A stretch of 55,816 nt of DNA. Source: Phoronis australis (taxonomy: Eukaryota; Animalia; Phoronida). Positions within the stretch are counted from its first letter, which is position 1. The number at the start of each line of letters is the position of its first letter. The notes beneath the pieces were generated by a model, which saw only the letters and a program-made list of their open reading frames with translations, was not told the DNA's origin and ran no database searches. The stretch spans positions 120,727 to 176,542 of the forward strand of contig NMRA01000731.1 of assembly GCA_002633005.1 (NCBI GenBank), written 5' to 3'. The position numbers were made by a program, and so were the translations under genes. Positions 14,196 to 24,126 of the stretch are shown here, piece by piece.

Positions 14196-14395
14196 TCAAA
14201 AGAGCAGTAACACGAATTAACTTGCAGCAGGAATGAGGCCTAATTTCAGAATTTGTCCAGTGTATGTGGCTAAACATGGCTAAACTGCAAGCGTTTTATT
14301 TAGTAGCAAAAATACCAGTAATTTGACAAGTTAAAAGTGTCACTTGCAGTCGCATTGTGGGTGCTTTGAGTGTTTTTGCTGACACCTTTGTAGCC

Positions 14396-14554
14396 CATAG
14401 GTGGATCCAGAAGGGTCAAAGGGGCCCGGACCACCCTTTTTCCCTTGGTTTTAGTGATGTGGAATCTAGAATTTTAAAATTGTTGACTTGGACCCCTCTT
14501 TTTAAAAAAAATTGATCCGACCCCCCCTTTTAAAAAATCCTGGATCTGGCCTTG
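14396..14554. mobile_element. Short MITE with GGATCCAG/CTGGATC termini
   Basis: CATAGGTGGATCCAG...CTGGATCTGGCCTTG with internal GGACCCC-type motifs. Flanked on both sides by TAGCC (candidate TSD). Confidence 0.6.
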
Positions 14555-14675
14555 TAGCCAGGCTTCCTAGTTCAAACAATAAACATGCAACAAAATAGGT
14601 GCTACATCTCACTTCCCAACCCACCTGAACTTCGAGTGCTTCTTGCCAGGTTGGGATTATGGTAACCACTAAGTA

Positions 14676-14865
14676 CCGTAATCGTTCGGGTTAACGCCCA
14701 TGCTCAGTTAACCGCCCACCCCTACTTTAGGTGGATTTTCGATTCAACCGCCCACTGCTCGGTTAACCGCCCCCCTGCTATTTTTGAAGATTTCCAATTA
14801 AGCGCCCACCTCTCGGTTAAGCGCCCATCCCCTACTTTTGACGATTGGTGATTACCGCCCTGTGC
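14676..14865 (+). mobile_element. Left end of a CCGTA-ended, TA-flanked Tc1/mariner-pogo-like MITE with subterminal repeats
   Basis: TA-CCGTAATCG followed by about 7 copies of AA(C/G)CGCCC-like motifs. Same architecture as the left end of 49584-50996. Confidence 0.55.
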
Positions 14866-15632
14866 TTATAGGAAACGCGAATCCCCGACCTTTTAGATTA
14901 AGATCNACACAATATCCGTTAAACACTCCATCATCAAAATTTAATTGACTGAAAATAAAAAGAATTTTGATTCAGGTCAGAGATTGAAATGTCAGATGTG
15001 AGACAAGGTGTATGATGCTGGGGCCAGCGTTGTATGAATTTCAACCAAAGCCCTTCGACCAGTGATAGTGTTTTTTCACCTGATATATACTGTGCCCGCT
15101 TCAAGGTACGATATCAATATCATCAAACAGTTTGTGTACATCTTAACTTGGAGTTTCATAACATTCCACCAACAAATATCAACTTTACACGTTGTTTGTG
15201 ATTGTACCCTATGTTTAAGTATTATGAAAATTCATTTGGCCTTGGAAAATGCAGTTTTAAACAAACTAAAATGGAAAAGTTAACCAGCTGCAGTTAAGGA
15301 ATGTGTTTTGACAATATGTCGTTTGGGTGTTGTTGTCACTTCTTACACAATAATATCCTGACCGCCATAATATCCTGACCGTATGGAAACGTATTTCTGT
15401 TTTTCACGAGGTCAGTTAAGGGTGGTAATTCATGTTGTTAATCTCCCTCTGCCAGATTTACCATCCTTATCTTTATTTAAAGATTAAAACTGATTTCAGG
15501 TTAAAGTATTAACTGTAGCGTGTCTGTTCTGCATGGTCATTGGGAGATAATGTCCTGAAATTAAAGCCCTGAGTTTTGAACCTCAAAACGCAGCACTCCA
15601 ATTAACACATCTACCTCCTGTCACTGTTTCAG

Positions 15633-16049
15633 CTGACCAAGGCCACGACCTGCTGATATGCGGTGACTGCCATGAGGAATTCCCACTCCAGTCCATCATC
15701 AGCTTCATACAACATAAAGTTCGCCGCTGCGACAAGGAGAATGTTAAGCCTTGCCCCGGGGATGACGACTCGACGCCACGCAAGGACGATGACAAATCAG
15801 ACGTGACTGCGGTGAATTGCGTCGGCGTCACCAGCATCACAGCACCAATCTTACTCAAGGGTCCCCATTGCTCACAGGACAACGGTCATTGCGGGGACAC
15901 CGCCGCTGTGTTTCCGATGCCTTCTCCAGTCATCACCGACCCCCCGCCATTGATCCCCAAGGAAGTGGTAGAGAACTCCGTCTTTCAGATGACCAGAGGT
16001 CAACGGGATGTAAAACGTGTCGATCAAGCAGTGAACACCAATTACACAG
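15633..16049 (+). CDS. BCL11: BCL11 homolog, internal exon encoding the N-terminal CCHC zinc finger (ZnF0)
   Basis: Acceptor tttcag|, donor G|gtgagc; 417 nt, phase 1-1. Translates DQGHDLLICGDCHEEFPLQSIISFIQHKVRRC, matching BCL11A [30 protein letters not shown]. Confidence 0.92.
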
Positions 16050-16311
16050 GTGAGCTATCTCTCATTTTTGTGTGTCGAGAAAAATATGGATGTTTTGAAG
16101 TAATTACAGTTAAAATTCTACAGATAATAATAATTGTAAATCATCCTGAAGGGTCTGTAAATTGTTGCGGCAAAGGGAGAGAGCTCCAACCACTGTTTAT
16201 GTTTGACACGTGCATTAGTAAAAATTGTTAGTTACACCCAGGAAAGCGGATTGTCATGACATCAAAAGCCTTGGTCACCAATCCATCATCAGTGCCCAAG
16301 GCTAATCTTTC

Positions 16312-19125
16312 TATTGTTGAGCTTAATTGGTTAAGTATGATCTGATCTGATCTGGTCATAAACTTGTAAACAACTCTGCCCTAATTTAAAAAAGCTTTAA
16401 AACTAAAATTTTGAGAAAATAACCTTTGCAGTGTTCGCCAGCAAGAAAATTTAACAGAGTTGGGTCTTTGATTTTCTAGAAATCGGATAGCTATTAACTA
16501 AAATTACAACTTTAAATTGTACCTCAAACATTGACTTGCTGACTGCTGGTTACATTTTCACTTCATTAATTACGGGATCTCCATTAAGCAGTGCAAAGGT
16601 GCCCGAATATACGCTCCTGCTGCAGTAACATGAGAACTTCCCGGCAAGCTCTCTGCTTCTTTTAGATAAAAAGGAGACTGGTTACAGGCACAATTAATCA
16701 TGATAAAATACGATCTCTGGAAAATGTTCCTACGTGCAGCAAAATCTGCATGCTGGTTGTATTTTATGCCGCCGCCCCCTCCCCCCTTGGTCTTCTTAAT
16801 CCTCTCATGCAATTTAGATTTCAAATAGATGTTGGAATTCCGTGCAGTAAAGCGACGAATAAAAACATAAAATAGTAAAACTAGCAAAACTAAAACGACG
16901 AGCGTCGGTACTTAACTATATTAAAATATCCCCACGTTTTGAGCAATGCGCTCTTTGTCAGGTCTGTAGCACACCCTTGACAAAGAGCGCATCGCTCGAA
17001 ACGTGGGGATATTTAATATATTTTAGTACCGACGCTCATTTTAGTGTTACTAGTTTTACTAATTTAGATTTCCCATCTTTCAAAGGCTTAAGATGCTCTA
17101 GCAAAGGGCTCAGTGATTGTTGTACCAAAAAAAAACCACGCAACCAACGTTGGCAAAGTCAAATTTCACTTGTCCACCATATTGCGTCCTAAACTGTTGA
17201 ATTTTTACTGTAAATCATTTTTCTCTTGTTCCCACATAGAGTTCATAGGGTTTTAGACTGCTGTCATCCTTGTTGTGACGTGCACCGTCTGTCCAAGGTC
17301 CACCTTTCTGTGTACCAACAATTTTGGTGAAATGAAATCATTCGACTACAAAAAAAAATTGATCACTGATGTTGAAACTTCTGGGAAAAGCTTGTGACTT
17401 AGGTTGTTTTTATTTAAAATTTAATCACATTCTCATTCGTAATTCCACGGCATTTTTTTCATTGATTTTGAAAGAGCAGCGCTCAACTGTCCAGTTTAAT
17501 GAAGCAGAACGGGAGATCTTATCTACTCAGATTAATATTAACGCATGTGTCGTAACTGCTTTTGTCTCAGTATTGGGCTCTCCTGTGGATCAATGAATGA
17601 GTTCCTTCACGCAATGCAAATACAATGTGATACAAAATTCCGAGAAACAGCCGTGGTCTGTTGAATGGGTATTCATAAATTTATGACTATAGTTTGCTTA
17701 CCTTAATGATTTNTATTGTTGATCTTGGTTAAGTATGATCTGATCTGATCTGGTCATAAACTTGTAAACAACTCTGGCCTAATTTAAAAAAGCTTTAAAA
17801 CTAAAATTTTGAGAAAATAACCTTTGCAGTGTTCGCCAGCAAGAAAATTTAACAGAGTTGGGTCTTTGATTTTCTAGAAATCGGATAACTATTAACTAAA
17901 ATTACAACTTTAAATTGTACCTCAAACACTGACTTGCTGACTGCTGGTTTCATTTTCACTTCATTAATTACGGGATCTCCATTTTAAGGCAGGTTCATTA
18001 AGCAGTGCAAAGGTGCTCGAATATACGCTCCTGCTGCAGTAACATGAGAACTTCCCGGCAAGCTCTCTGGTTCTTTTAGATAAAAAGGAGACTGGTTACA
18101 GGCACAATTAATCATGATAAAATACGATCTCTGGAAAATGTTCCTACGTGCAGCAAAATCTGCATGCTGGTTGTATTTTATGTCGCCGCCCCCTCCCCCC
18201 TCGGTCTTCTTAATCCTCTCATGCAATTTAGATTTCAAATAGATGTTGGAATTCCGCGCAGTAAAGCGACAAATAAAAATATAAAATAGTAAAACTAGCA
18301 AAACTAAAACGACGAGCGTCGGTACTTAACTATATTAAAATATCCCCACATTTCTAGCGATGCGCTCTTTGTCAAGTCTGTAGCACACCCTTGACAAAGA
18401 GCGCATCGCTCGAAACATGGGGATATTTAATATATTTTAGTACCGACGCTCATTTTAGTGTTACTAGTTTTACTAATTTAGATTTCCCATCTTTCAAAGG
18501 CTTAAGATGCTCTAGCAAAGTGCTCAGTGATTGTTGTACCAAAAAAAACCATGCAACCAACGTTGGCAAAGTCAAATTTCACTTGTCCACCATATTGCGT
18601 CCTAAACTGTTGAATTTTTACTGTAAATCATTTTTCTCTTGTTCCCACATAGAGTTCATAGGGTTTTAGACTGCTGTCATCCTTGTTGTGACGTGCACCG
18701 TCTGTCCAAGGTCCACCTTTCTGTGTACCAACAATTTTGGTGAAATGAAATCATTCGACTACAAAAAAAAATTGATCACTGATGTTGAAACTTCTGGGAA
18801 AAGCTTGTGACTTAGGTTGTTTTTATTTAAAATTTAATCACATTCTCATTCGTAATTCCACGGCATTTTTTTCATTGATTTTGAAAGAGCAGCGCTCAAC
18901 TGTCCAGTTTAATGAAGCAGAACGGGAGATCTTATCTACTCAGATTAATATTAACGCATGTGTCGTAACTGCTTTTGTCTCAGTATTGGGCTCTCCTGTG
19001 GATCAATGAATGAGTTCCTTCACGCAATGCAAATACAATGTGATACAAAATTCCGAGAAACAGCCGTGGTCTGTTGAATGGGTATTCATAAATTTATGAC
19101 TATAGTTTGCTTACCTTAATGATTT
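16312..19125. repeat. Near-identical 1.4-kb tandem duplication (16312-17712 / 17714-19125) joined at a single N
   Basis: The ORF track is duplicated, the copies differ by scattered SNPs and small indels, and the junction is the N at 17713. Confidence 0.9.
16873..17061. mobile_element. ~190-bp fold-back element with a hammerhead-like core on each arm (second copy 18287-18475)
   Basis: TAGTAAAACTAG...GAGCGTCGGTAC...ATATCCCCACGTTT..GCGCTCTTTGTCA is mirrored by TGACAAAGAGCGC..GAAACGTGGGGATAT...GTACCGACGCTC...CTAGTTTTACTA. Confidence 0.7.
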
Positions 19126-19760
19126 TCAATAAAAAAGAAATGCAAAGCAAAAGTGAGGCATTGTTGTGTTGATTGTCCAGCGCAGCGATTCTCCGAAGAA
19201 AGACAATGTGCTCACCCATCGGGAACAATATAGTTTGTGATCAATTTCAAACAACACGGTGCTATTGGATTAGCTTTTCCTTGAAGAGATCATTATCTAA
19301 CTCGAATACATTTGTCCAGATAGGTCATGTCTAATTTTTGTACAAAACTTTGTTCGTCACAACATAAAAAATCCATACCCAGGGAAAGCTTTTATCACAC
19401 GCATTAACAGTGTTTAAATATTTGATGTTGTTACATAAATGCCTTACCTGGGAATTCAAGGAATTGAGGTAATTGATAGCCTTTTCTCATCATCTGTCTC
19501 AAATAATTGTTTGCTTAAAAAGTCAAATAAATGATTATCGTGTCTGGCAATTCTCTACTTACTTTGTACAAAAATATCTGCGTAAATTTCATCATTTCAA
19601 GGACTGATAACTTTACTCGGAAAATTTACCAAATTATTTTACGACGTCTACAGAATTAAAACCATGCCACTAATGGACTAAAACTTTCTTAATCTTTATT
19701 TCTGTTGAGAAATTTGGCAAAATAGAATTTCACGTGTTTGCCACATTGTGTGCTGGACAA

Positions 19761-20244
19761 GTGAACACATCCACTAAAACAAGAAACTGTAGGAACACCG
19801 CCTTTATCCACCTTCACTCTTATCAGGCTTCTATTGTGAGTCAGCATGCGTGAATAATTGGCTGATAAGCCACCTCTGGAACTACTTCTGGCTGAATGGA
19901 TGACCAGGCCATAAAATNNNNNNNNNNNNNNNNNNNNNNNNNNNNNNNNNNNNNNNNNNNNNNNNNNNNNNNNNNNNNNNNNNNNNNNNNNNNNNNNNNN
20001 NNATAAAAAGTACAGTCTGCTAGCTAGATTGTAATCAGCTGATCATATCCGCATGAGCGAAGCCAATTATCCTCGCTCGTGACTCGATGACTAGAGCAGC
20101 TTGGCGGCATCCCTTTGATAGTGAGCCGAGTGCGACTCAGCCAAGGTGGATAAATACGGTCTACTTCAATTTTCCATACCCCGCCGTTTACCTTAACCAC
20201 TGGGGTTAGAACCAATCTTATTTAGTGGGAATGTTCATAGCATG
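19761..20244 (-). mobile_element. CATG-ended transposon in inverted orientation, end B / gap (19918-20002) / end A
   Basis: 19761-19917 is the reverse complement of the 8.35-8.50 kb segment; 20003-20244 matches 459-699. Confidence 0.7.
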
Positions 20245-21976
20245 GGAGTAATTTAAGTGTAACAACTTCCCAACCTTGAGACACCGTGGAGCATTTTAAC
20301 TTCCAGTAGTGCATTAATGATCCACTTAATTTGCTGTAAATTGCTTTTGGTGATTTTATCAATTGGTTTGTTAAAAACAGTGCAGATCTGTCTAGTTTAA
20401 TGCTTTACAGTCGCCTGAAGTCACGGTTTATTGGTCAGTCCTCCAAAGAGCAAGAATAGAGATTACCAAGAAACATTACAATGATAAAAACAGAAAAAAG
20501 TTGCTATACTTCAAGACTCATTCTTGCCGAAGCAATATGAGGGGCTAACAACAACGATAGATCGCCAAATGTAACAACTCACTCACAGGTGCAATTCAAT
20601 ATTTACTGCGCATATGAAATATCAACACAACAGCAAGCACCAAGGGAATTCTCACATTCCGAAATTATCACTCTCTGTTTGCTGAGGTAGAAAAACGCAT
20701 TGTATGGTTGACCTAAGTTTTCAAAGTGAAGGGTTGCTAGCATTTTTCTTAGTTGAGGTGGGCAAATGAAGAATTTTTGCCACACCGTACACATTACAAC
20801 TCTTTGTGCATCAGGTAAACCTTATTTGGATCAGAATGACAAAGAGCAAATTAATTTTAGTGTAGCATGGTAGCAGTGTACAATTGCATGGCATTTGCCC
20901 ATAGATGGCGTAGCATTAATACTGCAGAACTGGATGGGATTTCAGTGTTCCATGAAATTGGTTTTTGTAGCCAGCGTGGGGTGTACCCCATGAGGTGATT
21001 GTTTAACTTAAGTTATATGCAGACTCCAATTATGTTTTCAACTAACGTGCATCATTTTTCAAAATACCAGTTTTATCAACAATCACCATGCCACTGAGTA
21101 ATATCTGCTAAAGATATGCTACCTAAGTCTTTGTTCCAATTTTATCAATGCTTGAAAAGAGGTTAATAATAGTAGGCAAGTGATAGTAGTCACCTGGGTA
21201 ATCTTCATGCTGTAAACATCCCCTTTAAATGAGATAATGATCGATACTGAGAAATCTTTTAAATTTCTCCAATCAAGATATTCCATCGAATGTAAAACAG
21301 ATATCCCAGAGTCAAGAACAGTTCCGCTCCTTCAAAAACACAAACCCCGATTTTTAAAACTACAAACCCCAACCTTTAAAACAAGAACCCCTGTGGTCGG
21401 ACAGGAAACCCGCACAATTTTTCAAATTTTCTGAGACTGTCAGTAGTCTCAAGCTTTGATTTAAAGCATTTTCAAGTGCTTTTCAGTTGTTTTTTTCTGC
21501 ATTTGCTTTTTAAAAATTGTCAATATCAGATTGTAAGTTATATAATATTGACTTAGTCATTTGATTTTTATCGGTAAATCTCGTGCAACTTGTCTGTCAG
21601 GCGGATTTCATCATAATCTATACTCTCAACACATTGTGGGGCAACTTTGTTTTTGCTTTTGCCTCGAAAGGTACCAAGTTCCTTAATAAGTCTTTGTCAA
21701 ATTTAATATTTGTTTTCCCGCAGGAGAGTATTTGGGTGTGGTGTTTTGGGACAAATCCAACTGCTATAATATGATAACTATTCAGTGCAAATATGGTTAA
21801 ACAAATTGTCTGCCATGTTGTGTGATGACTTGAAGTCAGTGTGCCGTCCTAAAAAATGGTGTTTATAAAACCTATTGTTGAATTCAACATGAACTATCTA
21901 TGGAATCTACTTTTGGGCACAAGCGTTAGAGACACCTGAAAGAGTTATGGACCCTTAAAATTATCTTTTTTTCCAG

Positions 21977-24126
21977 AGCCTGCTTGTCTTCAGTGTGCCA
22001 CTTGCAAGGAGCCATTCAGCACTGCTTGGTCATTGATTCAACACGTGCAGAGCCGCCATGGTTTGCAAGTCTACTTGGAGATATCATCGGTGTCTTCACC
22101 AAGATCATCTGGCAATGACAGCGATGAGCAACAACAGTACAAGCACACCCGGGTGGAGAAAATTAGTCAAGGCTCCCCACAGAGCTCCCCGCCATCATCT
22201 GGTGGTATGTTGCCATCATCGTCACCACTTAAACGTTCATTCCCTGTGTCTGTGCACTCAGCATTCACTGACCGCCGTCGGAGCCCATCACATTCATTCC
22301 TACAGCCCCGAGGCCTGCCTAACTTCCCGTTTGCTGCCGACCATTTTATGAATGTGGTGGCACCGTGTGCAGTCGACCAGCTGTCCAGATACAACCCAAC
22401 CCGTCCACACCTGGGAGTAGAACACGCAATCTATTCACAGACGCTGCGTGAGATGGCCCGCAACGATCACAAAGCGGTCCTGCCGACATCGCCGGGAGGC
22501 AGCGGTCGGACGTCGCCCTATCCTCAAAACACCGGTGGCGGGCCACTCAGTCTTTGCCTCCCCCCACCCAATCTCAAAGCTTGCGAGTTCTGCGGCAAGC
22601 GTTTCCGTTTCCAGAGCAACCTGATCGTTCACCGGCGTTCGCATACGGGTGAGAAGCCATACAAATGCAAAATTTGCCCGCACGCGTGTACTCAAGCTAG
22701 CAAGCTGAAGCGACACATGAAGACGCATCGGCGGTCGTCGACGCACAGCAGTGGCGATGGAGCAGGTGAGGTGACCGGAAACTTGACGGATGGCAACACA
22801 AAAGAAGAAGAGAGTGGTGGCAGTAGTGCGAATCAGGACTCGCACAGCGACGGCAGCGAGACGGAGGAAGAAGATGAAGATGAGGAATATGCAGATGAGG
22901 AAGAGATGGAAGAAGAGACGGAAAATGATGGTGGTGGTGCCACTGTCGACTCCCCAACAGATCTTCGCTGCGAGGTCTCAAAGAGTAAGGACCGGCAGCA
23001 GGAATTGGACGCAGCAGGTGAGCACAAGCCTACGGATCTGAGAATGCCAAGGACGTCATCATCATCGTTGGAACAGGAGAACATGGATCTGGTGCGGGAG
23101 GTGATGGAGCATACTGGATTGAATAAGTTTGAGGCCTACCAAGAGGCGTTCCGCCGAGCTCTGGAGATGAACATGCGCCCAGAGAACTTCCGCCGCCTGG
23201 GTGAGGGTGACCACGCCGAATCGGACAACGATGTGCGCAATTGCCATTCTCCACCACTCCACTCTCCGAGCAAGCAAGTCAAACTGGAGAACACATCAGA
23301 GAACCACCTGTCCAAGCCGCCAGACTACATGTTTCATAAAAACTTCGAGCCCATGTTTCCGTTCTTCATGGGGCGCCCTTTCAGCTCACCTGGTCTGCCC
23401 CTGAACTATGCCCATCAAAGGCTGCCAGAGCGCCCGCCCCAAAGTCTTGCCAACGACAAGGGCCTGCTGATGCCCAGTCTGCAAGCTGGGCCAAGCTCAC
23501 TGCCAACGGCTGTGTCTCGGAAAGAAGTGAAACGCAGCGACACATGCGAGTACTGTGGCAAGGTGTTCAAGAACTGCAGCAACCTGACCGTCCATAGGCG
23601 TAGCCATACAGGGGAGAAGCCTTACAAGTGCTCGCTGTGTAGCTACGCCTGTGCCCAGTCAAGCAAGCTGACGCGACACATGAAGACGCACGGGCGCAGT
23701 GGCAAGGAGGTGTTCCGCTGTCGCTTCTGCAACATGCCATTCTCCGTGGCCAGCACGCTGGAAAAACACATGCGCAAGTGTATGGAGCGTAGTCCACTTG
23801 CAATGCACGGCCTTATGCACATGGACCATAGTGGTGTTGGCAGCGCCTTTGTGCGCAGCCCCACGTCAGCATCAACCACTCGTAGCCCCATCGCATTCAC
23901 ACCCACACCCACAAGCCCAAACACGCCGGCTCATCTGTCACATCGCAGGAGCGAGTCACCTCGTTGGCTGCCTGATACTGTGGGTGAAACCAATGGACAG
24001 AGACACGCCTTTGGCTCGGTGAGTTCTGATGGTGCCAAGGATGAGGCTGAAAGCAAGTCTCCGTCTAGCTCCCGCTCCTCTCAAGATGGATTGACAAATT
24101 CTAAGCCACTTTCGTTGACTACGTAA
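21977..24126 (+). CDS. BCL11: BCL11 homolog, large terminal coding exon (ZnF1, ZnF2-3, acidic tract, ZnF4-6)
   Basis: Acceptor tttttccag| in phase with the upstream exon. Contains EPACLQCATCKEPFSTAWSLIQHVQSRHGLQVYLE, CEFCGKRFRFQSNLIVHRRSHTGEKPYKC and SDTCEYCGKVFKNCSNLTVHRRSHTGEKPYKCSLCSYACAQSSKLTRHMKTHG, all hallmark BCL11A/B sequences. Stop TAA at 24124-24126. Confidence 0.97.

Noticed and set aside
15803-16231. 142-aa ORF as a standalone gene
   Set aside because: It is the 3' part of the BCL11 ZnF0 exon reading on into the intron past the donor at 16049.
16570-19009. Duplicated small ORFs (105, 71/92 and 75 aa)
   Set aside because: Intronic, no homology recognised, duplicated only by the probable assembly artefact, and one pair is frameshifted.
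22058-24022. Many overlapping and antisense ORFs
   Set aside because: Shadow frames of the GC-rich BCL11 coding exon.
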